DNA of 64,000 nt from Thermoplasmatales archaeon (GCA_027310185.1 DAIDBH010000019.1:128807-192806), one strand, 5' to 3'. Shown: positions 49,583 to 60,012, counted from the first letter of the stretch. Numbers and translations are program-made. The notes: generated by a model not told the origin, from the sequence alone.

Positions 49583-50332
49583 TCAATATTCTGTTGAATC
49601 TGTACCAGCAATTTGATCATCACCGAGGGAAAACATATAATTTTTTGGATTTGTCACCATCTCATGTCCGCTATAAAAGTATATAGCTATCAGGATGGCT
49701 GACCCAAGGACCGACAGGACCGTGTAGACATTGAAAGGATGGGTCTTGATAATATTCAGTGTTATTACTGCATTGTCTAGACTTGTAGTAGTGTAAATGC
49801 CTGAGTAAATAATTGATATTTCTCCAAGGGCACTTACCAGGATAAAAATAAAAGATAAAAGGATCATTAGAATAAGAAATGCTGATCTGCCATTCCTGAA
49901 CATAAATTTATTCATTAAATAATATGAAATGAAATATAGAAAAGACGGAACAATTGCTATGATAATACCACCTATGATGAATGATGATAAGGTGCCATCA
50001 GGATAAACACCGCTAGGGTAGACTGAAATCAATGAAACGGTTTGGGAAACAACGTATATTGTTATTCCAAAGATTACAATCAATGCAAATATTATATAAA
50101 TTGCCACACCATACATCATGTTCCTTCTCAGGTCATGTTGAAGTGATTTTCTTGAAACATATAATATTACGAATCCGATGATACCTATTAGCAGGCTCAA
50201 GTCAGACAACAGCGATATATATGTAAGTGCAGAAAGAATAGTAATCAGGAAAGTCACTCCGAACAAATAATAGGCATATCCAGTGTTTCTTGTTCCTTCT
50301 TCATATTCGCTGATTCCTCCATGGTATTGCAT
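49583..50332 (-). CDS. Hypothetical multi-pass membrane protein
   Basis: 249 aa with about 6 hydrophobic segments. Confidence 0.7.
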   Translation of the reverse strand: MQYHGGISEYEEGTRNTGYAYYLFGVTFLITILSALTYISLLSDLSLLIGIIGFVILYVSRKSLQHDLRRNMMYGVAIYIIFALIVIFGITIYVVSQTVSLISVYPSGVYPDGTLSSFIIGGIIIAIVPSFLYFISYYLMNKFMFRNGRSAFLILMILLSFIFILVSALGEISIIYSGIYTTTSLDNAVITLNIIKTHPFNVYTVLSVLGSAILIAIYFYSGHEMVTNPKNYMFSLGDDQIAGTDSTEY

Positions 50333-50521
50333 TAGATTAACAGGGTTTCATTTGATATAATTATTTCTGTTTTATAAATAATTAAATAATATATATCTGC
50401 AAAATCATAAGATCATAAGGGTTCCTGATTCAATATTATATAATCAAGCAGAATATAAAATTTTAAAAATGTTTATTTTCTACGGTTTATATTTTGAATA
50501 GAATTATGGAGATGTTAAGAA

Positions 50522-51166
50522 GTGAACTATCAGGCATCTGAGGACCGGCTGATTGATATCAACAGTCTCACAGCGGATGGAATGGAATTCAGTCCATCTC
50601 AGAAACTTTTAGCTGGAATAAGAAGAAATAAGATTGAAGGTTTTCTTTTTGGGCTGTTCTTCACCTTTCTGAGCATATTAGTATCCATATTCACATCGAA
50701 CATCTTTTATCTCATCCTGGCAATCATACTGTTCCTGTTGAGCTTTAGTTCAGTTGGCATAGTGTATATTCACTCCGAATTAAAATTCAGCCAACGGTAT
50801 ATCATTAACAGGGAAGGAATAGCCATAATAAGAAATAAAGAGGTTTACTTTTATCATCCATATGATGCACTTGAATCTTCTATTATTGTGCACACTGTAA
50901 AGGGTAATATGGATTATTATTCCATTTTTTTTCTTCCCGTTGGACTTTCAATAAAGTTGCCAAAAAATACTGACAAGATTAGTATCGAAAGATTAAGTAA
51001 GCTTTTAAAGAAGAATCGTAAAAATGGAATTAATATGGTTAAATTGAAAGTTTTGAAGCGTTACTATTTTTTCCCCTACCTGGACCTGGATCTCGCCATT
51101 AAAATAAGAAATGTTTACATTCAGATGTACGAAAGATGGCTGGATCCATTCAAACATATTGTTTGA
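50522..51166 (+). CDS. Hypothetical membrane protein (2 TM plus soluble domain)
   Basis: 214-aa ORF with two adjacent hydrophobic helices. Confidence 0.6.
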   Translation: MNYQASEDRLIDINSLTADGMEFSPSQKLLAGIRRNKIEGFLFGLFFTFLSILVSIFTSNIFYLILAIILFLLSFSSVGIVYIHSELKFSQRYIINREGIAIIRNKEVYFYHPYDALESSIIVHTVKGNMDYYSIFFLPVGLSIKLPKNTDKISIERLSKLLKKNRKNGINMVKLKVLKRYYFFPYLDLDLAIKIRNVYIQMYERWLDPFKHIV

Positions 51167-51179
51167 CGTTACATCATTA

Positions 51180-51596
51180 TCAAATATCCTCAACACTCCT
51201 GGAAACTATATCAAGCTCACCTGCTGTTCTGCTGAGATTTTCGCTGTCTGTAAGGAGGATAAGTTTATTTTCCTTTGCAGCCCAGAGATAGCTTACTTCC
51301 CTGAAGTTGAGTTTTTTATAAATTGCAATATTAAGCATGGTCTTGAAATCACTCCAGGGTACCTGGATTGATTCCACACTTCTCAATATGTCTATCAGGT
51401 CTTCTCCAAGAGCTGTGATTCTGGCCTTTTCCACCTCTGTTTCTTCCATTGAACATCTATTGGATATGAGATCACCAACCTCACTGTAGCATGGTTCTAT
51501 TATACAGGAATTTTCTATGAAATCAAGGGCGCTATCTGGTTTTATCATGAAAATCTTGATGAAGGAGGGTCCATCAATGAGATACTTCTTTTCCAT
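51180..51596 (-). CDS. vapC: VapC PIN-domain toxin (divergent)
   Basis: YLIDGPS, YSEVG, LNFREVSY and LLTDS; paralog of 4966-5391. Confidence 0.78.
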   Translation of the reverse strand: MEKKYLIDGPSFIKIFMIKPDSALDFIENSCIIEPCYSEVGDLISNRCSMEETEVEKARITALGEDLIDILRSVESIQVPWSDFKTMLNIAIYKKLNFREVSYLWAAKENKLILLTDSENLSRTAGELDIVSRSVEDI

Positions 51597-51598
51597 TT

Positions 51599-51856
51599 CT
51601 ATCTCTCCTTTCTCCTGTTTTTATCAACCATTAAGAAGTTGCCCAGCGATTCGTCCCTGAATCTTTCAGAAAGGCTTTTAATCTTTTTAACGAGAAGTTC
51701 CCTCTCTATATTTGATACCTCCATTTCAAGTGATTTTCTTACAACCTCAGAAAGGTTGATGTTGTGTTTTTTTAATTGTTCATACAGGCTATCATCGATT
51801 CTTACACTTATGATCTGGGTCATCAATATTTGTATACGCAATACGTATTTTAACAT
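51599..51856 (-). CDS. vapB: VapB/CcdA-like RHH antitoxin
   Basis: ISVRIDD...LK..NINLSEVVRKSL; real start is probably the Met of MTQIIS. Confidence 0.78.
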   Translation of the reverse strand: MLKYVLRIQILMTQIISVRIDDSLYEQLKKHNINLSEVVRKSLEMEVSNIERELLVKKIKSLSERFRDESLGNFLMVDKNRRKER

Positions 51857-51973
51857 TGTTTAACGTAGTTCTCAAAGGGTCAATATACTGATTACAAACG
51901 TGTCTCTGATGTATCTTTATATCCTTGAAAAATTAATTTTATTGACACGTCCAACCAGGTTATATTCACAAAT

Positions 51974-53209
51974 CTATAGAATTGCTATAATTCCGAATAT
52001 CAGAACGAAAATAAGGCTTGACCAGTAGCCTATTTCTCCGATGCCTGTGGAATGATAACCGCGCATTATATTCCTGTTTCTGGCTATCAAACCCATCAAA
52101 ATACCTGGGCCTATTAGAACGAATACAAATACTACCAGAAGATACAGGACGCTACTTACCAGGTATGTTTCTGGAACAATTAGAGCTATAATAACAGCAG
52201 GAAGACTTTCCATAACGTATATCACAGATGATTTTTCTCTCCCTATCCCTAAAGCTTCCATAAAGCCCCAGGCACTTCCCATGGATATTACAACGAGTGC
52301 AAGAAATGCTGCACCTATGAGGCCGATTCCAAATAGATATGGAGAATAAATGCCTGCTATGGCGGATAGGCCTCCAGCGAGCTGGGAAATTGATGCAAAG
52401 TTCGTGCTTGGATCTACACCACTCATCACCATTTCAACAACTACCATTAGCATCTCTGAAACCATTGCCCCAATCAGGGTTTCGATCCTCATCGATCTCA
52501 TTGCCGACCTCGTAAATCTGGTTTTTTCATTCTCAGCGTTTAGAGCTGGTAAATTACTATCCAGGTCTTTCTTCCTTGTGTGTATTACCTTTTCAGCAGT
52601 TGCTGAAGCCTGGAAAAATAGCATGAAAGGCATTATCACCGCACCAACGTTTACAGCAAGCATAAAAAGGAAAGTTGGAGAAGGGACAAAATACAGGGGA
52701 CTGTAAGACTTTATTCCACGAACAGCCAGTGTTGCGATAAAAGCAGTAATCAGTATAGCTGATATGATGATTAGAATTGATTCTGTCAATCCATATTTAC
52801 GGTGTATCACAACCGCAATATGAATTACATAAAAGACGGGGAGTGAAAAAATAATTGGTATTTCAAAAAGTGATAGACCTATAGCAATTCCAAGATATTC
52901 AATAATATACGTAACCACATCAGTTAAGACCATTGGAACTGTTGCTATCAGGGCAACCGAATGGGAATAGTTCTTCCTTATAACTTCTCCCAGCCCCATT
53001 TCAGTTGTGACACCTATTCTGCCTGATGTTTCCTGTACAAGATAGAGTGGTATAATAAGCAATATCATGAACCATATTAGTCCATATTTGAATAACGCCC
53101 CAGTTTCAGCTGCTCCAATGGTACTGCTTGCATCCATGTCAGCTATCATCACCAGCCAGGCTGGTCCAAAGAATTTCAAAACATTCCGCATCCTGCTAGT
53201 GTGGGTCAT
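51974..53209 (-). CDS. Nramp/SLC11-family divalent metal transporter (atypical motifs)
   Basis: GPAWLVMIADMDASS, YGLIW, QE...RIG..T..GLGE.IR and GAVIMPFM; about 11 TMs. Confidence 0.88.
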   Translation of the reverse strand: MTHTSRMRNVLKFFGPAWLVMIADMDASSTIGAAETGALFKYGLIWFMILLIIPLYLVQETSGRIGVTTEMGLGEVIRKNYSHSVALIATVPMVLTDVVTYIIEYLGIAIGLSLFEIPIIFSLPVFYVIHIAVVIHRKYGLTESILIIISAILITAFIATLAVRGIKSYSPLYFVPSPTFLFMLAVNVGAVIMPFMLFFQASATAEKVIHTRKKDLDSNLPALNAENEKTRFTRSAMRSMRIETLIGAMVSEMLMVVVEMVMSGVDPSTNFASISQLAGGLSAIAGIYSPYLFGIGLIGAAFLALVVISMGSAWGFMEALGIGREKSSVIYVMESLPAVIIALIVPETYLVSSVLYLLVVFVFVLIGPGILMGLIARNRNIMRGYHSTGIGEIGYWSSLIFVLIFGIIAIL

Positions 53210-53290
53210 TTAATCATCCCGAATCAGTGGGCATAAGCATAATCTTACTATGAGAGGGACCAGTTATTGGCGTAATCAACATTTTATCAC

Positions 53291-53306
53291 GTAAGGATAT
53301 CCTTAC
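53291..53306. promoter_or_regulatory. Perfect 16-bp palindrome upstream of the Nramp gene, candidate metalloregulator operator
   Basis: GTAAGGAT-ATCCTTAC, about 80 nt upstream of the start codon. Confidence 0.5.
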
Positions 53307-53790
53307 ATTACAATGAAATACTTAATGCTTATCGTCTGTAACTCCCAGTTTTTAAACACGAGTGATAAGGAACTGTAACCAAGAAGGATGCAGGATTAAG
53401 GGAACGATGCGCTGTTGCTTCTTAAGAAGATTCAACCTGCCCATACACAGTCAGAATTAGGGTGAAACCAAAGTTTACTACTCCCTGCGTGATTGCTTCC
53501 GCAAAGACAATTGTCCTATCAGAGGGGTAATATATTAAGACTGAAAGGAAATTACGCCCATAAATAATCTGTCTGGCTAATTCATGATGGCAACATCATG
53601 CTAAGTATAAACATGTTTTCATTTGCACAATTTCCTATAAAAAATTAATGCTTGAATCCTTGAAATAACATTAAAAAATAATTATCAACGGTTAATAATA
53701 AGACGATTATTTATAAGTAAGATTGGGATAATCTTGAGGTAATGAGATATACCCTCATTTAATTAATCTGGCCAGATATGGTGGATAGCT

Positions 53791-54732
53791 TTGAGAATCG
53801 AAGAACTAAACTGGAAAAATTGGAAGAAATGTACAATTGCAATAAGGGTTGACAGTGGCATTTTTAAAATGCTTGGGGAGAACTCAGGCAAGATTCAGGC
53901 CTTTGTGTACAACGAAGGAGGTAAATCGTTCGTCCAGCTTTATTTTGATGACAACATGATCAGTCGAGGAGGGATCAGCAGGATACTTTCAAGAAAGGAT
54001 GTGATAAGATCAGATAACTACTTTTCGATCTCTGAGGAACTGCAGTCATCTGATAATGCAAAGCTTATTTTTGACATCACTGAAATGCCTTCTGTTCTGA
54101 TAGAACAAACCTATGTACTTGGAACTGAGATATTTGTCATTTTCCGCTTCCACAGTTCATGTCTTTCCAAGATAAGCAATATGCTCACTGAAATAATTGC
54201 AGTAGATCAGAAGGTAAAGATAGTTGAGATTGTAAATGCGAATGACCTTAGGAGTTCAATAAGCGAGATTGCAAAAGATACAAAAGTTTTCGTGGTTCAG
54301 ATATCAACACTTATAAGCAAGGATAGGAGCACCCTAGAATTCATAAGCCGCAATTATCCTGGAATGGTATCCATGCCAGAAGTGAGAAGCTGGGACAAAG
54401 AAGGAATAAAGACAATAATGTTTTCTGAGAACGAACCCAAACTGAAAGGGACATCCGTCATATCTGCCCAGGAGAAAATATATGAAAGCAGGGAATCTGA
54501 TGCATCTCTTATCCGGAAAAGGCAGCTTGCCAACGATGCTAGAATCCCCAGATTTGGCATCATTTTTGACATACGTGGCGGCAGGTTGTATGAAACTATA
54601 TTCCTTCCTGCCGAAGTTGCACAGAACTATGTTAGAACATACTTTGAAGCGATTGAGGATCTAGAAATATATCAACCCATAATAGAGGTATTCTCGGGCC
54701 TGAATGAGGAGGTTTGGAAATGGATCCAGTAA
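53791..54732 (+). CDS. Hypothetical protein, paralog 1 of tandem triplet
   Basis: Shares AFVY, FRFH, IYES, RIPR and P.IE.F..L.EEVW.W with the next two ORFs. Confidence 0.8.
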   Translation: MRIEELNWKNWKKCTIAIRVDSGIFKMLGENSGKIQAFVYNEGGKSFVQLYFDDNMISRGGISRILSRKDVIRSDNYFSISEELQSSDNAKLIFDITEMPSVLIEQTYVLGTEIFVIFRFHSSCLSKISNMLTEIIAVDQKVKIVEIVNANDLRSSISEIAKDTKVFVVQISTLISKDRSTLEFISRNYPGMVSMPEVRSWDKEGIKTIMFSENEPKLKGTSVISAQEKIYESRESDASLIRKRQLANDARIPRFGIIFDIRGGRLYETIFLPAEVAQNYVRTYFEAIEDLEIYQPIIEVFSGLNEEVWKWIQ

Positions 54733-54763
54733 GGATTACAAAACAAGGTTACTGAAGGAGGGT

Positions 54764-55708
54764 ATGGAATTGAATCTCGGTCTTATGGATAACAAGGTTG
54801 ACGGCGGGATTGGATTGAACCTTCAATTAAACGGGGGAATATTCAATCTTATGAAGAATATTGACGAGAGAATTGAAGCTTTTCTTTATGAAGACCAGGG
54901 GGAACTATTCATTAACCTCTATTTCAGGAAGTTTTCAAATGACCCCGGAAAATATAGTTTCATTCTCTCTCACAGGACGCTTCAGGAGACAGAATCCTTC
55001 TTCACGATTTCAGAGAAGATCAAAAGTTATCCGTATCTGGACTTCCTTAAACAGATCCTTAACTTCCCATCCGTGGTGGTTGCTGGCACTTTCATGTATA
55101 AAAATTCACTGTTCATACTGTTCAGGTATCATCAAAATTTTAAGAATGAAATGAATTCTTTCCTCAATTCGTATATTGAAAAATCAGAAGATATAAGAAT
55201 TTCTGAGATACGAAAGCCCCATACCTTCAAAGATAGAATGATGAGAATTAATAAGTCTGTTCCACTCGCAGTTTTGCAGACATCCAGCAGATATGTCAAC
55301 AATGAGCTTCTCTCATTTATTTATAGCCACTCTCCTGGTTTTATTGCGGAACTGGAAGGAAGGGGCCTAACATCAAATGGTATAAGAGCCCTAATATATT
55401 CTGAAAAAGAACTTAACCACGAAGGACTTACTGAGATATCAGCCAGTCAGTATATTTATGAGGCCAGACATTATGAAAGCCTGTTTATTGAGAGAAGGAG
55501 GATTGCAAACGAGGAACGCATACCGAGAGTTGCCATACTTTTCAGTATTGAAGAGGAGAGAGCTTTTGTAACAACCTTCTTACCGGTTGAGGAAATGGAT
55601 AATTATATGAGGATTTATTCAAGGACAGCGAGCAAGGAATCAGGTTTAGAACCAAGGATTGAAATATTTACCAGGTTGAGGGAGGATGTATGGAACTGGC
55701 TGGAATAG
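54764..55708 (+). CDS. Hypothetical protein, paralog 2 of tandem triplet
   Basis: ATG at 54764 follows an AAGGAGG SD; AFLY, FRYH, IYEA, RIPR and PRIEIF..L.EDVWNW. Confidence 0.8.
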   Translation: MELNLGLMDNKVDGGIGLNLQLNGGIFNLMKNIDERIEAFLYEDQGELFINLYFRKFSNDPGKYSFILSHRTLQETESFFTISEKIKSYPYLDFLKQILNFPSVVVAGTFMYKNSLFILFRYHQNFKNEMNSFLNSYIEKSEDIRISEIRKPHTFKDRMMRINKSVPLAVLQTSSRYVNNELLSFIYSHSPGFIAELEGRGLTSNGIRALIYSEKELNHEGLTEISASQYIYEARHYESLFIERRRIANEERIPRVAILFSIEEERAFVTTFLPVEEMDNYMRIYSRTASKESGLEPRIEIFTRLREDVWNWLE

Positions 55709-55777
55709 GAAGACAAGAGTATGGTTCATATTTCACAGATAAATTGGGAAATCTGTCAAATTCAAAGGGGGTGAGAC

Positions 55778-56719
55778 ATGATGGATTTCAGTATAATTGA
55801 CCGAAAGATTGATCGCAGGTGCCTAATCAGTGTTCATGGTGACGGTGAAATATTTGACATGATGAAGGGGAACACAGCAAAGTATAATGTTTTCCTGTAT
55901 GAATATGGCAAGAAGCTGTTCCTGCAGGTTTACATCGACAAGGAAAGCCTTTCTTCAAGATTATTTTCTGCAATCAAACTTATTTCAACGTTCAGGGAAA
56001 CCGATAATTATTACAGCATCATGATTGATGTGACAAAGAACAGTGGTGTTGGTATCATAAGGGAGCTTCTTTCAATCAGATCTTTTACCCTGGGTGAGAC
56101 TTACCTTCTTGGAAACAGGATATACTTTACTTTCAGGTACCATCATGATTACTCCATCGCACTTTCAAAAGCACTCATTAAGTGGGTAGACAGGGAAGGT
56201 AAAATAAGAATTGAGAATGTGAGACATCCCAGAACATTTATTGATGCAATGGTTCTCCTGAATAATTCACTGGCCCTTACAATCGTTCAGACATCTACAC
56301 TCATGCCTGAGGGCGAAGGGATATTATATGAAATTGCCAGGAAATACCCTGAAACAATTACGGAAGTGGATGTCAGGAGCATGTCAATCACATCAATAAA
56401 ATGTATTTCCTATGCCCTGCAGAAAATAGATATTCCTGAGATAGGAGTAGTTTCTGACAGGGACCTGATTTATGAGAGTGTCGAACTATCAGGGAGCCTC
56501 ATGGATCGGGTGCTGAAGCTGAATGAGCTGAGGATACCGAGACTTGCAACATTTCTTGAACTGAAGAATGGAAGGCTCTTCAATACAACAATTGTTCCCA
56601 GTGAAAATATTGATGAATATATTGGTGTTTACAGCAAATTCATGAAGAATGCATCACCATATGATCCGCGTATTGAAATAATCAGTGCTGTCAAAGAAGA
56701 AGTATGGTCAATGCTATAG
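55778..56719 (+). CDS. Hypothetical protein, paralog 3 of tandem triplet
   Basis: GGGGTGA SD; VFLY, FRYH, IYES, RIPR and PRIEIIS.V.EEVW. Confidence 0.8.
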   Translation: MMDFSIIDRKIDRRCLISVHGDGEIFDMMKGNTAKYNVFLYEYGKKLFLQVYIDKESLSSRLFSAIKLISTFRETDNYYSIMIDVTKNSGVGIIRELLSIRSFTLGETYLLGNRIYFTFRYHHDYSIALSKALIKWVDREGKIRIENVRHPRTFIDAMVLLNNSLALTIVQTSTLMPEGEGILYEIARKYPETITEVDVRSMSITSIKCISYALQKIDIPEIGVVSDRDLIYESVELSGSLMDRVLKLNELRIPRLATFLELKNGRLFNTTIVPSENIDEYIGVYSKFMKNASPYDPRIEIISAVKEEVWSML

Positions 56720-56790
56720 CTTGATTTCACTGTATTACCATTTAAGTTCTTATTATGACATACAGTTACCAGAAAATATATTATGTTATC

Positions 56791-58575
56791 ATGTTGTACA
56801 ACTTTGTGAATAATTCCCTTTTCTATACAAACAACCTGGATAAGCTTGATATTGATGACATAACACATACATTAACAAAAAACTATGCGATTAAATACAA
56901 AGACCAGCCAGATATAAGGCAGATTAATGCCTGGCATGGAAGTATTAAGGCATTGAAACAGTACATAGACAACGGAACATGGGTATTCATGGAATATGGC
57001 TTCCCCATAGGACTCGAAAGGGTTGATTTCTTAATTGCCAGAAAAGGGCATGCCTTTATTATCGAATCCAAAGGATGGAATTCCTACAGGAAGATAAATG
57101 AGATAGTTTCCATGGGTGACAATCAGGAAGTTGTAAACCCATGTTACCAGATGGAGAACTATGTTGCAAAGATGAGAAATTTTCACAGTTCATCTGGCCT
57201 GATATCCTTTGACGGCTTTGTTTACATGTACAATACGAATGATGGAAATGAATGCAAGATCGTGTACAATGGCAGGGAGGTTGAAAGTGAGCTAAAAATT
57301 CTACCTGTAGAAGTTTCTTCTACCGAAGAGATTGATGCCCTTGAGAATGGAACATTCAGGACAGGCAGGGAACTAATAGATTTTATTGCAGGAAACAGGG
57401 AAATGATAATGGAAGATGTATCCCGAAAGTTCCTCAATGCAGGTTTCGGCCTTTCCGAGGAGCAGGCACTGATCATAGACAGGGTAATGAACAGCCTCAG
57501 GAGAGGTGAAAAAAAGAAATATTTCATCAGCGGAGGAATGGGGTCAGGTAAAACACTCATGGCAATCAACCTTCTTTTCCTGTCTTTGAGCGAGGGCTTC
57601 CAGTCACTTCTTGCATACAGGAATAACCGTCTTATCAATACATTGAGAAGGGTATTTGGCCCTAAACATTCTTCGCTTCTATGTTTCTACTCCATGGGAT
57701 ACAACGGTCATTTCAGTGGACTCGGAGAGGAAAACTTTGAACCGGACAGGCTCCGTCTTCAGCGATTGCTCATATATGATGAGGCACAACGAATGACACT
57801 GGATGTAATCAGGAGGACACTCTCCTACGATAAAACATCTGTATACTTCTTTGATGAGAACCAGATACTCATAGATGATGAAGCTGGCAGGAAAGCGACG
57901 TTCAGATCAGAAGCTGAAAGTCTTGGGGTAGATTTCGAGATCATAACTCTGAGTGGGTTTTACAGGATGGTAGACGGTGAAAGATATGGTAATTTTATTG
58001 ACGAAATATTCTCAGGTAATGTTGTTACTGACCCTGGAACTTATGATCTGAGGCTATTTGAAGAAGTAAGCGGCATGATCCATGATTTGAAGAAGAAAAA
58101 TAAGGATGGTAATTCAAGGATTGCGCTCCTTGCATCATACACATTCAGTGATGGGAAAAAAGAAAAGAGGAGAGTCCTGGATCCTGAAATTAAATGGCTC
58201 ATGGATCCAAAGACGGAGTATCCACAGTACTGGATGGGCGTCCATAATGATCCTTTCAAGTATTGCGCATCTATTTACGGTTCCCAGGGATTTGAAACTG
58301 ATTTTGTTGGCTTAATATGGGGAGAAGACCTTGTGTGGAGGAATAAGTGGGTTGTGCAGCCAAATAAGATTACCGATAACATAGGAGGAAGGTCTTCACT
58401 TAAAAATGTGTGCCTCAAAAATCCAGATAAAGGGAAGGAAATGCTCTTCAATAGATACAGGATCTTACTCACCCGCGGAATGAAGGGAACTTACGTGTAC
58501 TTCGAGGATGCTGAGACCTTTGATCATATGAGGACAGTTCTCGAGGAGAGCAGGGTAAGCATTGCATCACCATAG
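56791..58575 (+). CDS. DUF2075 (Schlafen group 3-like) SF1 helicase with N-terminal PD-(D/E)xK-like nuclease domain
   Basis: EY..P....RVDFLI...IIESKGW, NPCYQ..NY, Walker A GGMGSGKT, IYDEAQR, SIY..QGFE.D.VG and YRILLTRG.KG. Confidence 0.85.
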   Translation: MLYNFVNNSLFYTNNLDKLDIDDITHTLTKNYAIKYKDQPDIRQINAWHGSIKALKQYIDNGTWVFMEYGFPIGLERVDFLIARKGHAFIIESKGWNSYRKINEIVSMGDNQEVVNPCYQMENYVAKMRNFHSSSGLISFDGFVYMYNTNDGNECKIVYNGREVESELKILPVEVSSTEEIDALENGTFRTGRELIDFIAGNREMIMEDVSRKFLNAGFGLSEEQALIIDRVMNSLRRGEKKKYFISGGMGSGKTLMAINLLFLSLSEGFQSLLAYRNNRLINTLRRVFGPKHSSLLCFYSMGYNGHFSGLGEENFEPDRLRLQRLLIYDEAQRMTLDVIRRTLSYDKTSVYFFDENQILIDDEAGRKATFRSEAESLGVDFEIITLSGFYRMVDGERYGNFIDEIFSGNVVTDPGTYDLRLFEEVSGMIHDLKKKNKDGNSRIALLASYTFSDGKKEKRRVLDPEIKWLMDPKTEYPQYWMGVHNDPFKYCASIYGSQGFETDFVGLIWGEDLVWRNKWVVQPNKITDNIGGRSSLKNVCLKNPDKGKEMLFNRYRILLTRGMKGTYVYFEDAETFDHMRTVLEESRVSIASP

Positions 58576-58912
58576 AAACAAGAGAAGGCCAATTAACAAA
58601 ATATGTTTGTGACACAATGATTTCTGATATATTTACTTACTTTCTCTTGAGATCGTTTATTTTCAGATAGCCATGACCATGGCAATGATAGATTTTGAAA
58701 ATTTAGAATATACCAAATGCTCAAACCAGTTAAATTTGATACGGGATTTAGAACCTAAATTTCAAATTAAAAAAGGGAATTCACATACCAGAAAAACAAT
58801 TGAAAGAAGACTGGGAGACACCTATCTGGAAAGTTCCATGTCTGTATTGAGATCTGATATTATTTTATAAAATTCCTCAGTTCAACAATTTACTCTCAAT
58901 TTTGAGAAGCTT

Positions 58913-59884
58913 CTATGGACTGATACTGTATTTCGACATGTAAAGAAGCCGCAGCACAAATTTCCTTATAAATGGCGATTGATTTACCGCCGCATCGATC
59001 ATTCTGTTTTTCCTCTTTCCAAAGGGCACCCAATTATATTTTTTATCGATCTGCAATTCTTCAATTGGGAAAGTGTGGTGGGAGAATAAAAATGCTGATT
59101 TTTTTATGAATTGCATCCATGCGAGAGTGTACTGATATAGTGGCTCATCTTTCATCATTTCTTGATATACCAGGCTATCTTTTAGGAGGATATCCATGAA
59201 TTTAAAATTGTTTTGAAGAAAATCTCTAAAGGAATGATACATTGGATTACTGATGCTGTTATGTTTCCGATATTCAGTCAACCTCATGGTGGAAAACTTC
59301 AAGTCAAGGTCAGACCTGAGAGCTCCAAGAAATAAGAGTAAGTCTGCATTCAGTTTAATTTTTTTCATATAAGGTATAATGTCCATCATAATCTCTCTTC
59401 TTAATGTCATTGAGCTTGTGTTGTAGTATCCCTTCATCTCATGAATATCCTTAAGAAACTCCTCCTTCCTTTCATTTGGAACGTTCAGAATTCTATGCTT
59501 GGTCCTTGGTGAAACTTTTTCCTTACCGTTTAAATCAATTACACTTACTGAATTATGGAAGAATCCCAGGCGCCTATCCTCGAACTCCTTTTCAATAATC
59601 CTGATCTTATTCATATTAAACCTGTCATCGTCCTCAAGAATGGATATTATATCACCATCACATTTGAGTGTAGCCTCAGCAATTTTTCCGCCAAGGGTTT
59701 CATCTCTAGAACTTATTATTTCAACCCCTCTTTTGATTAAGTTCTCGTTTATTTCAGTGTCTGATAGATTCGTCACAACTATGATTTGAAGGTCAGAACT
59801 TATTTTATTTTTGAGTACTGAGTCAACTGCCTGTAACACAAATTCCTTCCTGTTGTATACCGGGATGATCACACTTATTTTCAC
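58913..59884 (-). CDS. Glycosyltransferase family 2
   Basis: ISVIIPVYNR...AVDSV, ISILEDDD and YRKH; paralog of 10410-11357. Confidence 0.9.
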   Translation of the reverse strand: MKISVIIPVYNRKEFVLQAVDSVLKNKISSDLQIIVVTNLSDTEINENLIKRGVEIISSRDETLGGKIAEATLKCDGDIISILEDDDRFNMNKIRIIEKEFEDRRLGFFHNSVSVIDLNGKEKVSPRTKHRILNVPNERKEEFLKDIHEMKGYYNTSSMTLRREIMMDIIPYMKKIKLNADLLLFLGALRSDLDLKFSTMRLTEYRKHNSISNPMYHSFRDFLQNNFKFMDILLKDSLVYQEMMKDEPLYQYTLAWMQFIKKSAFLFSHHTFPIEELQIDKKYNWVPFGKRKNRMIDAAVNQSPFIRKFVLRLLYMSKYSISP

Positions 59885-60012
59885 AATGCATTCTTAGTTT
59901 ACATTAACATATATAAATTTTAAACAGAAATTTTTTTACGTTTGTTCAGCGGATTTAAACTGTAAAAAAAACTTTTACATGGGTTATTACATTTATCTTA
60001 ATTCGTAATTAT

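Noticed and set aside
53470-53495. yybP-ykoY Mn riboswitch (minus strand GCAGGGAGTAG)
   Set aside because: Only the short GGGAGUAG resemblance is visible. I could not find the remaining conserved elements, so no ncRNA is called.
58673-58870. 65-aa ORF between DUF2075 and GT2
   Set aside because: No recognisable motif, AT-rich; could be chance or a remnant.
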